A stretch of 64,000 bases of DNA from Acanthaster planci (Eukaryota), in assembly GCF_001949145.1 (NCBI RefSeq), contig NW_019091355.1:4351374-4415373 (forward strand). The letters are read 5' to 3'. Position 1 is the stretch's first letter. Every line of letters starts with the position of its first letter. The position numbers and the translations under genes are program-made. The notes under the pieces are model-generated. The model made no database searches and was not told the origin of the DNA. It worked only from the letters and a program-made list of their open reading frames with translations. This document shows positions 52,356 through 64,000 of this stretch, in pieces.

Positions 52356-52606
52356 GGGTCATTCCATGAGGTTGGGGCACAATTTGTGATGGTGTCCATT
52401 GTTACATGGGTTCCATAAAAATGAACAGTTATTTCCCTGCATGTGGATTCCAAATTATACTTCTTGCAAGGCTGAATACAGAGGTGTGTGTTACTTTTAC
52501 AGAGTAAATGACCTACTCTACAGGTCATGACAGGTGGTAAAACGTACCCATACATGTATATCAAGGACACTGTCACAAATTGTGCCCTAACCTCATGGAA
52601 CGACCC
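52356..52606. mobile_element. MITE with ~42-bp imperfect terminal inverted repeats; a solo arm lies at 44998-45042
   Basis: gggtcattccatgaggttggggcacaatttgtgatggtgtcc / ggacactgtcacaaattgtgccctaacctcatggaacgaccc. Confidence 0.8.
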
Positions 52607-54547
52607 ATGTAACTAAACACACACACCAACCAGCCGAGGGTGAAACCAGAACCAAATTTTCATGGCAGGAAACTTGTTTTTTGGGAAGCCAAAATTTTGG
52701 AAATTTTTCCACGCAAACTTACAGTATTCGCCGAGGGCAACACATTTCTATACATGTACATGTTGGCGTGTCAAAGAGAACTATTTTGACAATTGTAAAT
52801 TCGGACAGCTTTGCTTGCATTTGTTATATTTGGCAAGAGTCAAGCTTGGCAGCTCCAATAGAAAATTGAAACACCTCAGGCACAATGTACTTGTATCTAG
52901 ACTCATTGAGAAATGGAACAAGATGGCACCTTATGTTGCAAAAGCCTACATAGCACTTAACAGTAGCAGTCAAGTGCCACAAAATGCCTGTATCTTAAGA
53001 CTTCATTGGCTGCTGATTAATGCAGAATACACATCATTCTGCTCACATTCACAGCACTTTAATAAAACATGCAGCACTCTGTGTACTGTCTGGCCAGGCT
53101 TGAGGTCACCCAACAATCTCCCGTCACTTCCTGCATTTGTCTTGCCAGTAACACCGACAGAGCCATTAAAACGGCTCAGAGATGGAACATGTTTTTCATA
53201 CAAAATAACCGCATGTTTCATGCTCAGTTTTCCTATCAACTTAGACCTCTTCTTTGCCTCCAGACAATTTTCTTTGAACGGTTTCTGAACGCACAGTGCC
53301 CTACACGTCTAAAGTTTGTACTACTGGGTATGCCAAGTGTCAAAATGTGCATTTCAAGAAAAGGAATACAATGAAACGCTGTGAGTAAAAGTGTGATGTG
53401 ATAATCGTCACGCTCTTATTCTCATTTAGAAAATTTTCGTTTAACAACCCCCTCAGCTACTCTCCATTGCCATAACTTTTTTGCCTAAAAGTTCAAACGC
53501 AAGTTTTTATATTTTTCCAACAATGCTGTGCATGGACTTAACGTCATGCTTTGTGCAACACCCTCCTTGCCGTAACTCTGGTGTGAGTCAACATTTCGTT
53601 ACCAAACTGGGAGAGCTCCAAACCATTTGGGAGTGTCAACAGCTTTAAAGCCAACCATGTGATGCAGTCGTGACCAACAGGAATGAGTCGGCTGTTCAAT
53701 TAACTAGTATTTACAGGCTGTGTGCATAACGATAAGTTTAAAGTCAGCATAAGAATGAATGTACGAATGAAAGTCGGTGCAAGAAGATTTAGTGAAATTT
53801 CTAAAGACAGGTAGAACTTGTGTACATTCTAGTGAGTAAGATTAAGGGAGGCCTTGCTGTCTCTGTCTCAAAACGGCTGAGGCATCTACAGATTGCCAGT
53901 ATTTAATGTCCCTGAGACTTGACTGCATTGGAAACCCTGCACGAACACCAAATCATCATGTGCAGCTGAGCGCAAGATGATGAAGATGCTCCCGGGAGAT
54001 AGGCTTACTGCTTCATCAAGCAGGACCTCAGCTGCTGACCTGATGAGGAGGGGGGAAACGATTTGGAGTGGCCAGTAATGATTCAAACATTCCTCGTTGA
54101 ATGTCAAGGGAGGGGGGAAGGACAGGATGGGTGAACGTGCAGCGCATGGTTATAGGATACCGGAAGCATCCCGGTGGACTGGTCGAATGACAGGTTGAAT
54201 AGTCAATGAGCCTCAATTAGCATCTGTTTGGCATAATGGTGTCACTTGACTACAGTTGATAACTCCATTCTGATTCGCTAATGATGACTTTTAATAACTT
54301 TAAGGTGCTCTCACTGCAATCTGCAGAGGGTAAGAGTTGTTTTTGTAGTTAAATTTTGTGAATGTAGCTGTTAACGACAATGTATACATATTACCTTGTG
54401 CTGGGAAGGAAATAGTGCAAATAAACTAGGCACGCCACCCAAGCAGCTTGTCGGCAAATTGGAAAAAGTGTAGAGTGAAAAAAAATTTGAGACAAAGAAC
54501 AGATTCAGTAAAGTAACAGCAAATGAGCAACTCTTTTTTTGATTTAC

Positions 54548-54699
54548 CAAGTGAACAAAGCCTGCAGCCGTCAGCCACATGCTGAAGAATACGGTGACCA
54601 GGTTGACCAGCTTGATGGTGTCACTTGTCCGCAGAATGCTCAAAAACTGCAGGATTTCGGACAGCTGCATCATCCGCAGTGCTCTAAGGAAACGAAAAC
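54548..54699 (-). CDS. KCNMA1: Slo1 exon, S4-S5 ([19 protein letters not shown]...[10 protein letters not shown])
   Basis: 152 nt; ctctgtcag| acceptor, |gtaaat donor; phase 1 to 0. Confidence 0.96.
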
Positions 54700-54883
54700 C
54701 TGACAGAGGAAGGGGGGGAAAAAAAGGTCACGTGTAGAAAAGACAACCTTCATGAGCTGCAAGTACGTATCCGAAGGGGAAGACTTATGCAAAAGTACTG
54801 GCAGGAAAGTTGTCTGAATTTGACTCTCTCCAGATCTGATGAGGGAAAGCTTGCTTAAAATCAGCCAAACACATGGACAATAC

Positions 54884-55049
54884 GGGCAATTCACAATAGT
54901 GCGCCACCAAGAGTTTGCAACACGTTGGCCAATCATAACGCGCGAAATTTGTCGACCCTTTCCAAAAGCGCATTGGGTCAACAAATTTCACGCATTGTGA
55001 TTGGCCAACACCTTGCAAACTCTTGGTGGCGCACTACTGTGAAATGGCC
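54884..55049. mobile_element. Palindromic MITE family D, copy 2
   Basis: Same arms as 26643-26809. Confidence 0.9.
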
Positions 55050-55799
55050 ACATTAATAACGTGAACAAATAAAAGAAGCTACAGATATGTGGCTAGTAAT
55101 GATGGTGCAAAGTATACTGGCAGGAATTTTGTTCTGGGGTTTGGTGGGGCTTTTTTTACATTTTATTTTCTTCTTGGTGTAAATCGGTACGCAGAATTAG
55201 AAGCCATGTCTGTGGTAGCACAACGCTCGTGGACAATCGCACGCCCTTGACATGCCTCTTCAACCATTAGGGTCGTGTGAATAATAGCCTTTTTGCAACT
55301 TAAATTTATATAAAATCCGGGACACCAAGTTATCTGAACGCACAAAACAATTTGAATTCCCAAGACTAAAGGCACTGTTGCTATACGTGTACCTCATAAT
55401 TCAGGGCAAGCTTTTGCACTGCCACTGCCGTATCTGGAATGGACTGGTTCCTTTGTGCCTTTCTTATCCACTGCGAACAGTGTATTGGTGCAAGACATCT
55501 CTTATGTAGCAAAGCAAACGCTTCCCCCCAATCACAAGGTATAACAACAAGTGTCTTTAGTATGGAGAATTCAAATTGTTGCATGTATGTTCACGCGAAC
55601 AGAGCTCAGTGGACCAGATCTTATTCAAGTTTAACTCACAAAAGGCTTATTACCAAAAGCACGCATGCATCAAGCTTACAAAAAACGCGAGTGCAGCATT
55701 GCCTCAGCTGCGGCATCTCCTCAGATTAGACCTAGCTTGGCTGCACTTTAGCTGTACTATGTCGTTTGACTTCCCAACCCGATGGAAAGAGCACAAACT

Positions 55800-55977
55800 C
55801 AGGGATGAGATTGACCAATAATAAAAAATAGCTGAAAATAGCCGAAAAAAAGGCGTAAAGAAGCTGCACTGTGAAAAAACTCCTAAACTGATGTACACAG
55901 CCAGTGAAGAAAAAAAAAATGAAATCCAGAATGAAAAAAGCTGAAATCAGCTGAAAAGCTGAGAAATCTCATCCCTG
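55800..55977. mobile_element. hAT-like MITE with AAAGCTGAAA subrepeats; relative at about 49501-49679
   Basis: 13-bp perfect TIR cagggatgagatt / aatctcatccctg. Confidence 0.75.
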
Positions 55978-56265
55978 ACACACTGTACTGCCTTGGTCAC
56001 CAACTTAAACACATGTATGTAATACTGTTTGTGTATCGAGCTTCAATGCTGCAACTGCGCATGTGAAAGTCTGATTCTTGCATCTTTTCCTGCATGATTT
56101 TGTGCACACAAGGGCAATATCATAACATTTGACACCACTTCCAAGTGGAATACACCCCTGTTTTTCACAGTACGTATTGGGTCAAAACACAAGTAGAGAA
56201 AACAACGACGTATTTGCAAACTTGTACCTGTGCTACATTTTAAACTCAAAATGGCATGTATTTAC

Positions 56266-56377
56266 CGAGCCATGTTCGTTGTAGGTACATGGACACAAAG
56301 ATTGGAGGTATTGTAAAGAAGTCTACGATGGAATTCCAGGTGAGCCAGAACCAAAACTTGTCTGGTGCAGCCACAAA
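56266..56377 (-). CDS. KCNMA1: Slo1 exon, S3 ([38 protein letters not shown])
   Basis: 112 nt; ctctctgcag| acceptor, |gtaaat donor; phase 0 to 1. Confidence 0.96.
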
Positions 56378-57248
56378 CTGCAGAGAGAGACAGGGGACAA
56401 AGGAAAAGGGTTGCCATTTGAATGTACATGTGGATATACATGTAAGTAAAATGTGCATAATGTATAAGTGAGATTCTAACACACGCAGTACCGGTGCATC
56501 GATCTAAAAAAATGTGGCCAAGCTATCTCAAAATTCCCCCCCCCCCCGGCTAAATCCACAGACCCCAAGTCAAGTGGGTTCTGTATACTTTTTTCTTGGT
56601 TTCCCACCAGTGACAAAATTGTGTTAGGGAGCTGTTTCTTGGTTTTTGCTTTCGTGGTTTTTTTGTTTACTCTTGGTTGATTTAGGATTTTTGGCAGGTT
56701 GTATGTGCTAATATTAGCCAGATTGAACAACCTGGAGAAAGAAATGGAAATTTTTAAATTACAGGTTTTGCCTTACGGTACACTGACATATATTAATTAC
56801 CGCTGTATTCTCAGTGTTTGTCCACAAGTTCGTGAAAAAATAATCGCAAACTGGGACTCAAACCTACGAATTTCTGCTTACTAGTGCACTCAACCACCGA
56901 GCTTGCCGGGGTCGGTTGGCCGGTTTGAGTCAGATGAAACAGCAGGTACTGTGAAATTATTTCAAGGTCTAAGGACAAAACCTGAAATTAAAAATTAACA
57001 TCTCCTCGATGCAAAGTACATCTTGACAAGAAATGGAAGTTGATTAAACTCAACTAAGTTCAGCAAATATAAGTTTTCCTTCGCAACCAGAATTCACAGG
57101 AAACAGGGCTCAGTGTTTACATGCATTTCTCAGGCTCACTTCTGTTTACGTTTGGCCCGACTTTCATTTCACACTCTGAAGTTTATTTATTCGTCTTTTA
57201 CACTTTCCCTTTCCTATTTGCCAAGATGCTCATGCGCGAGCGACTTAC

Positions 57249-57342
57249 CCGCAGCACAAAGTACAACAAGAAAAATAAGTTGAAAGCAAGATCCACTTGG
57301 AATAAGGTATCCTGGGACAGAACAAAACACCTCTCGATGGGC
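57249..57342 (-). CDS. KCNMA1: Slo1 exon, S1-S2 loop and S2 (PIERCFVLSQDTLFQVDLAFNLFFLLYFVLR)
   Basis: 94 nt; ctcgcag| acceptor, |gtaagt donor; phase 2 to 0. Confidence 0.95.
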
Positions 57343-58805
57343 CTGCGAGAGAGGAAAACAAGGTATGAGAGGGCGATTTTTTTCCTGGGAGGAAGAAAGG
57401 GCATAATATTCTTAACCGTTAAAGGTAGCATTTGTCCAATGCCGAGAATTCGTTTCGTGATACCCGTCTGTCTGTTCGTCATGTCATGCTGATCTTCATC
57501 TGACTTTCACGACTCTCTCAACTGCCTCTCTGTCTTTTTATCTCTTGCACCGACTTCTAACTTCTGTTCCACCAAATTCCCCTCACTATGTGAAAATAAA
57601 TGGTCATTTCAAGACGCACAACCTCATGGGTCAGTCTCATACAGCTGCTTTTTTGGTTCCAAGATTTTAAACTTGTTCGATTCTGCAGTCATGAAATTCC
57701 ATTCAATCGCCTTGCTGTAACTTTTCGCTAATTTCAGTCAAGCTTCATTCACTAAAGTATGACAAAAGTACAGTAGGATTGTTGATTTGGATAGGCCATG
57801 TAACCAAAAAAGGTTCCTCACGGTTTTAAACTATTTCGAGTTGGTGACTTGGTCTTCAAAGTGACTCAAAATGTATTTTTTCTCTCTCTCATGGAAGGAA
57901 AATGACACAACCACAGTGACATTATTTTGTCCAAATGTAGAAAAAAGATTTTGATTAATTCCCAATGATTCAAGAATTTTTCAAAAGCCCCCAGCCTTTT
58001 CTGCAGAGATCTTCAAACTATCTTTCTCAGTATGAATCTTGTGTCCACTCGTCTGTTGAGACGTTAAAAAGATATCCTGGGTTTGATCAAGGTGCCTTTC
58101 AACATGTTTGCAATTCCAACGACCCCGTGCTATTTAAATGGGGGCCCTGCCACTTTGAAGTCTCATGAGGTGGTAGTTATTCTATCTTGTCCTTGATTGA
58201 TGAACAGCGGTGAAGCTCTGTTGCGTTCACCTTAACATAAGGTCAGTGCACGAGTGCATTACAGTTCCACTGGAGCGCCTGTTTTAAAGTTAAAATGGAT
58301 GGCAGTAATCCCTACCAGCATCTTGCAAGTTTGTAATTCTATTTGCAACTTAACAGGCAATACTAATCAGACTTGTCAGCTCACGTCTGGGACAAGGATT
58401 CGTCTCCGGCACTCACAAGGGCTTTTCTTCTCTAATGGCATACACCTCTGCGTAACAACATTTCCATAATATGATTCCCTGGGTTGCGGTATTGTCGTCC
58501 CCACAGATAATCATTCTATTACCTTTGCCGGCAGAGGAAAGCTTACAAAGATTGGAAATTTGCAAAGGGTGGAGTTTCTCTTTTCGCATGCATCTTGGCT
58601 GCATCATCGTCAAGTACATGTATGGAAGGGGGTAAAAATGGCACAAAGACCGATTGCCAGGCGTGTCTGTGCAAAAAAACATATCAAACTTGGTTTCGCT
58701 CAGTTCATCTCCAAAGCAACCTGTCTTCACATTGAGCACATTTGCATTAGCACACACTCAACAATGGTGATCGAGATGATCACAGAATAACTATGCACAT
58801 GATAA

Positions 58806-58930
58806 AAGAAACAAACAAACAAACAACCCCCAACACCCCAACAAACAAACAAACAAACACCCCCCCACCCCAACACCCCAACAAACAAACAACCCAACAT
58901 ACCAGGTACCAAAACAATTTCAAACAAAGC
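58806..58930. repeat. Low-complexity (AAAC)n / CACCCC simple repeat
   Basis: Direct reading. Confidence 0.8.
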
Positions 58931-59188
58931 CCTTACAAACACAAAGTCATGATTACCATTGCAAAATCAACCAAGATCACCGTTATCTCAATTATCTGAT
59001 TCACCAGTATTCTCGACATCCTTTCAATTCTGCCCTCCCCACATTCCTGTCAAGCCTATCATCCTCATCAGCATTCCAATCATTATCTGTTCTATTCTCA
59101 TGATTATCATGACAATCAGTATTATTGTGGTACAACAACCGATGTCACTGTAAGAGTATCATCCCCGTCCTAATCATCTCCACCAATA

Positions 59189-59351
59189 CGCCGATTCACA
59201 ATAGAGCGCCTCCAAGAGTTTGCAACGCGTTGGCCAATCACAACGCGCGAAATTTGTCGACCATTTCAAAACGCCCGTTGGGTCAACAGATTTCGCGCAT
59301 TATGATTGGCAACGCATTGCAAACTCTTGGAGGCACTCTATTGTGAAACGC
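59189..59351. mobile_element. Palindromic MITE family D, copy 3
   Basis: Same arms as 26643-26809. Confidence 0.88.
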
Positions 59352-62300
59352 TTACATTACTGGTGTGACCATCCTTGCTGTCACTGTCATTAGCGCGACA
59401 CACATCAAAGATAACAAGAAAAGATAACAAGAAAACCTGTGGGGAGGATGATTCGCTCGACGAGCTACACCTTGAACAAAAACACCGAAGGTACAGTCCC
59501 ACATTTGCAGCTGTCCAGAGAGTAACTGGCTGAGTGATTGTCAAAAAGCAAATTGGGTTTAAAGAGAGTTATATGGGACAAAGCTCCCTGCGGAATATTT
59601 CTTTCAGGCAAGCTGTCATTTTGAAGAATGTGGTGAAAGAAGGCCATTTCAAATTATGCAGACGTAAACACAATGCACAGAAAGGTTTGGTACATGTAGT
59701 TATACCATTAATTTGTTGGTTCATTGCACATCACACTGGCTGCAATTGGCCGAATGAGGGTGAGTCCTAGAAGCTGACTTTCAGGTGCAATTCAAAACAG
59801 CAACTTTTGTTTTGAAGTCCGAATCTTAGAATATTGTGTTTCTTGGAATAAACAGCACTCACTGAGCTCAAATTTCCTAAGGTTAATCACAAAGCATCCC
59901 CCTTATAGTTTCTCGGGATCTTATGTCGCGGCAAATGAACGTAATGCAAAAACTGACAAGCGACAGACTGTGCCTCAAGGAAAAATGCCCTTTTAAAACT
60001 TATGCCTTCGTGATAAAAAGGCTAGCAAGTAGGCACATTGTATGTTTCATTATGTACAAGAATCAAAGATCGACTACTCTAGCTGAAGTTTAATAACTGC
60101 ACGTACATGTCAGGAAGACACGTATATGTACTTTAACCCTGACAGTTCTCAATCCTTCAACCGCAATATGGTTTTATTAAAGTAACCAAGTGCTGTACAT
60201 GTACATGTGCAATAAGTGTCCAGAAACCACGTACAGGGTATGCCCATATAATAGTTTCAACATAAAGGGCCCGTTGGTGTATGCAATGGCATGTTTATTC
60301 ACACATTCATTACACTGCTCTGTTATGACTTAAAGAAAATAACATTACTTGTACTCCAGGGCACATATTTGGAAAGCCCCATCATGTAATCAATCATGCT
60401 GGAAAGGGATGAAATCTATTCTACAACACGAAACACTGTCATGTCCAACGACGAGGTTTAAAAGGGCTTCATGTTTTTTTTGTAACAATGAATTCAGTTT
60501 GGTGCTTGAAGAAATGCCTCGAGAGAACTGCAGGGTTAAATATTTCGCTTGAAATGATTTAAAAAGCTTTGTGCAAAATGAAAGGAACATCACTGTGATG
60601 TGACAGGCTCTGCAATGTACCCTTTCTTTTTGATGGTGTAAATTACATGTAATGTATATGTGACTCTGTGAGGAATTTTCACATAAACAGAAATTGAGTC
60701 ACTCGTCAGGAATTAGCCAATGAATTTTCTGTTGAGAGGCTTTCAATCCAAACAAGCTCTTAAAGGACAGTACTGTGGTGGAGTGTTGTCGCCAAAGCTC
60801 TTTCCGTCTTAATTCCCTGGCAGGACATTCACTCGAGGGATCACCCTAGCAACCAGCATGACACCCAATACAGTCTGACGACATCCCTTCATTCATGTGC
60901 ACACATAAGTAAATACTTTTCATTTTCAAATGCACGCTTCTTTTTCACTTGACTTGCTGTGAGACAAATTACACAAAATATGACCACACAGTTCGATCTT
61001 TAGAATAAGGGGGGGGTTCACTGACATGGGAAGTGCTGCTGAATTTGACAAACTGAATTGGTCACTAATTTTGTCTTTATCAAAGTTTTTCATTTAAGAA
61101 AGCAACTTCATGAAATGTGGGCATTAAAGATCACACAGTCAGACAGTAATTTAAGTACATTGCTTTGTAATCTTTTTGTCAATTGTTTTCATTAAAACTT
61201 TAAAAATGACTTGTTCTTGTGGGTGGATCACTGTTACCCCGGCACAGAACATCAGCAAACGGCAGAATTCAAATATTCATCTACCAGTGATCAGCACGGT
61301 GAAATCCAAAATCTCATTAGCGTGTCACAGTTCTGGCCTTGTTCATGGGTTATCACTAATTTTTGCCACCTTCGAATGAAATCAGGCAAGCACTTCAATG
61401 GACACTGCCATAGCAACACCATGACAACCACAACCTTTTTATACACACATGTAGAATCAAGCACAATAGCTTGTCATTCAGTGGTGCCGGTACATTTCTC
61501 TTCATGACATGCAGATCTTAACACATACATGATTTACAGCGTATGTCTTCCGAGTCAACAACATCCTGTCATCTTTGTGTGCAGATTTTTTTTCAACGGA
61601 AATACAAGCTAACCTTCTTTCACATCTCTTGCTCATTTCTGGTCTAACATACTGACTGACTTCAAAACGCACTCAGGCATGCAAAGAGACGCGAAAGCGG
61701 TTTGCAAACAAGCGCTGCTGTACTGGCATATGCAACTCGTGGACAGTAATAAACTCACAACGGTAATAAAACCAAACATTGACGTCAACAAGTGACATGA
61801 TCTGATTACTCTTGCAAAATTCAATTACGTTGGCTATGCAAAAATAACATGGTTTTAAGATTGGATAGTCGATTTTACCTCCTGAAGGTACCGGACCTGG
61901 ATGCTGACAAATAACTTCCTAAGGCAGAGCCCAGCCTGAGGGCGCTTGCTAGTCAACTCCCTGGAATGAGGGAAGCTATAATTGACTATCCACCCAAAAA
62001 TAAAAAGATGTTATTTTTTTTTATCATACCTCAAGCATATTTTGTTGCCATGGAAATTTCAGGAGCAAGGAAAAGGCAGAATATATGCATGCGGCTGAGT
62101 GCATTCGGACTACATGTACATGTATGCTCAAGCATGTGTACGTAACCTGTGAGACAGTTCTGTGGATTATTCCCAGGGAACAGTTCAGTTCTAGCCTGTA
62201 TTTGACTTGTGCAGGGATCCTTGCATGTGCACCTGGTAAACAGCCAAAATATCAACTGGTAAGGGTAACAACTGGACCAATGGAGTTAAGCTCTCCATCA

Positions 62301-64000
62301 TGAATATGTACGAGGTATGGTGCAACATGTATAAGGCACTTCGCTCGAGGGTGGGGAATAGTCAAGCTGTCTGGAAAAGGGATGTTTTAGCTAATGAACA
62401 AGACAGAGTTAACTTAATCACGCATGAAAGTGCTCATTTCGGGGAACTTTGAGAACCTTGCCCTTATGTGAATAAATAAAGGCTGTAGCCATGTTCAAAA
62501 CGTTAGTAATAAAGGGCATGGTACCCGGTACAGCTACAGCCTACAGCCCACTGTCTATTTTTAATCAACTTGTACACATCACTTATAGATTTTTTTCTGT
62601 ACCAAATCAAGATAAACTCACTGCAACAAACAGGTCCAGCGATACCCTTGCCACATAGTACATCGTACATGTATTCATGCACTTACCGTTGTTCAATATT
62701 GATATGTAACATAATATTCTTTTTTTACCCTATGACCATACATGTACTTCAAAGAAAACACGAACATTAAATTGAAATGGAAGTACATCTAGATCTGTAT
62801 TCCTCAAGGCAGCATTTAAAAGCAGTTTTTGACACAAATTTTCATACTTCAACGTCCTTAAAATGAGAGATATAGTAACACTGTTCTGATCCAGCAATAA
62901 GTACGGCAAAATACAAGTATAATTGGGTATCCATTATTAAGCGTGAGTAATGGAAGCCTTCGTGAAATTTTTATCAAGCACAATACAGAAACAGTGGACA
63001 GCTATGAAGTCTATGCCTGCCACGTCCGCATGTATAACAAACTAGCTAGAGTAGAAAAAAATCCCACTTTACTATGAAACGAGACTGTTAAGTTTTATAA
63101 CATATTCAAGATTAAGTTTGCGAGTTATCCGACTCAAACTGCTCCCGGTTTACGTGGCCAATTCTATGACCAATTTCGTAAATGTCACTAATTTTCCCTA
63201 ATCTTAAAGTTAATTTTCAGTAAATAGAATGATACATGTACATGCAAATGTAATAACGGTAATTCTCATGGAGGGGAGTTACATGAAGGAGTACAAACTA
63301 CTTCTCATGTGATTTGGAGATTGGACACTCAACGGTATGCTTCGGGTACACATGCAATACAAAATCATCTAACTGATTTTTAGTATCCGTCAGTGTGTCA
63401 TATTTTACACTTTTATCAGAGTATACCAAAATAATGAACAAATGAAATACTGAAATGGTACATGTAACTCCAATGAAACCACTATAATCATAATTACCGT
63501 CGCATTGTGCAACAACTCCAGATTATAAACCACTACCAGCAATACAAAATATGATTGTCCCAAAGTATCCAAACAATTTATTTATGTACCGTCACCCTCG
63601 GGAAATGACGGGTCACACTGTCTTCAGTGACTTTCAATAAGTTGTTTCGTGACGCACTGCTTAAGTCCATTCTTGAGAGAAGGAAAAAAGTACAAGCAAT
63701 CTTAGACCATGCATGCGATACTTTAATCACCACACACCTGGGACAACATGAAATCGCATCACTGCATAATCTGCAAGCATAACCTAATAATAACACCTAC
63801 TCCAAATTAAATCCAGTGAAATCCACATCCTGACGTCTCAATGTCAATTTAAAAACCACGGACTAAGACGCATTACCGACGCCTCAGTGATCAACACGGC
63901 AAGCGTCTCTGCACTTTGGGCGTTTCGAATCCTGGACACCTGCCTGGTGGTTATTCGCACCGAGGACGAGACCACATTGATCCGTGTGATCGGCAGAGCT

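Noticed and set aside
52662..53288. 208-aa plus-strand ORF inside a Slo1 intron
   Set aside because: No recognisable domain, intron-like composition and no splice or promoter support
59356..59436. 81-nt hydrophobic exon-like segment upstream of the S2 exon
   Set aside because: Not homologous to S1, much of it is low-complexity pyrimidine tract, and the donor coincides with a MITE edge
57343..64000. Slo1 S0/S1 exons
   Set aside because: No segment with S1-like sequence and a phase-2 donor was found; the open stretch at 63877-64000 has no Slo similarity and the wrong phase

Overview
Eukaryotic (animal) genomic DNA with GT-AG introns, many short inverted-repeat elements, frequent TACATGTA motifs and four N gaps. 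The repeat landscape suggests a marine invertebrate, possibly an echinoderm (inference only). Two convergent genes are present. On + there is a complete two-exon FAM241-family small membrane protein gene (1976-3466). On - there is most of a slowpoke/KCNMA1 (Slo1, BK channel alpha subunit) gene: I reconstructed 21 phase-compatible coding exons from S2 (57342) to the stop (8734), 2992 nt in total. The S0/S1 exons were not found and probably lie beyond 64000. The most notable observations are: (i) an unusual pore/S6 sequence (G311S, L312V, F315Y, A316T, Y294T, E276T in human numbering) predicting paxilline resistance and altered gating; (ii) a large set of frame-preserving candidate cassette exons and 9-15 nt microexons in the RCK1 Ca2+-site loop and the RCK1-RCK2 (STREX-site) linker; (iii) a perfect 45-bp inverted repeat pair 7.3 kb apart that brackets a 480-nt, phase-0, stop-free block of four pore/RCK1 exons. 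All alternative exons are predictions from sequence and need transcript evidence.
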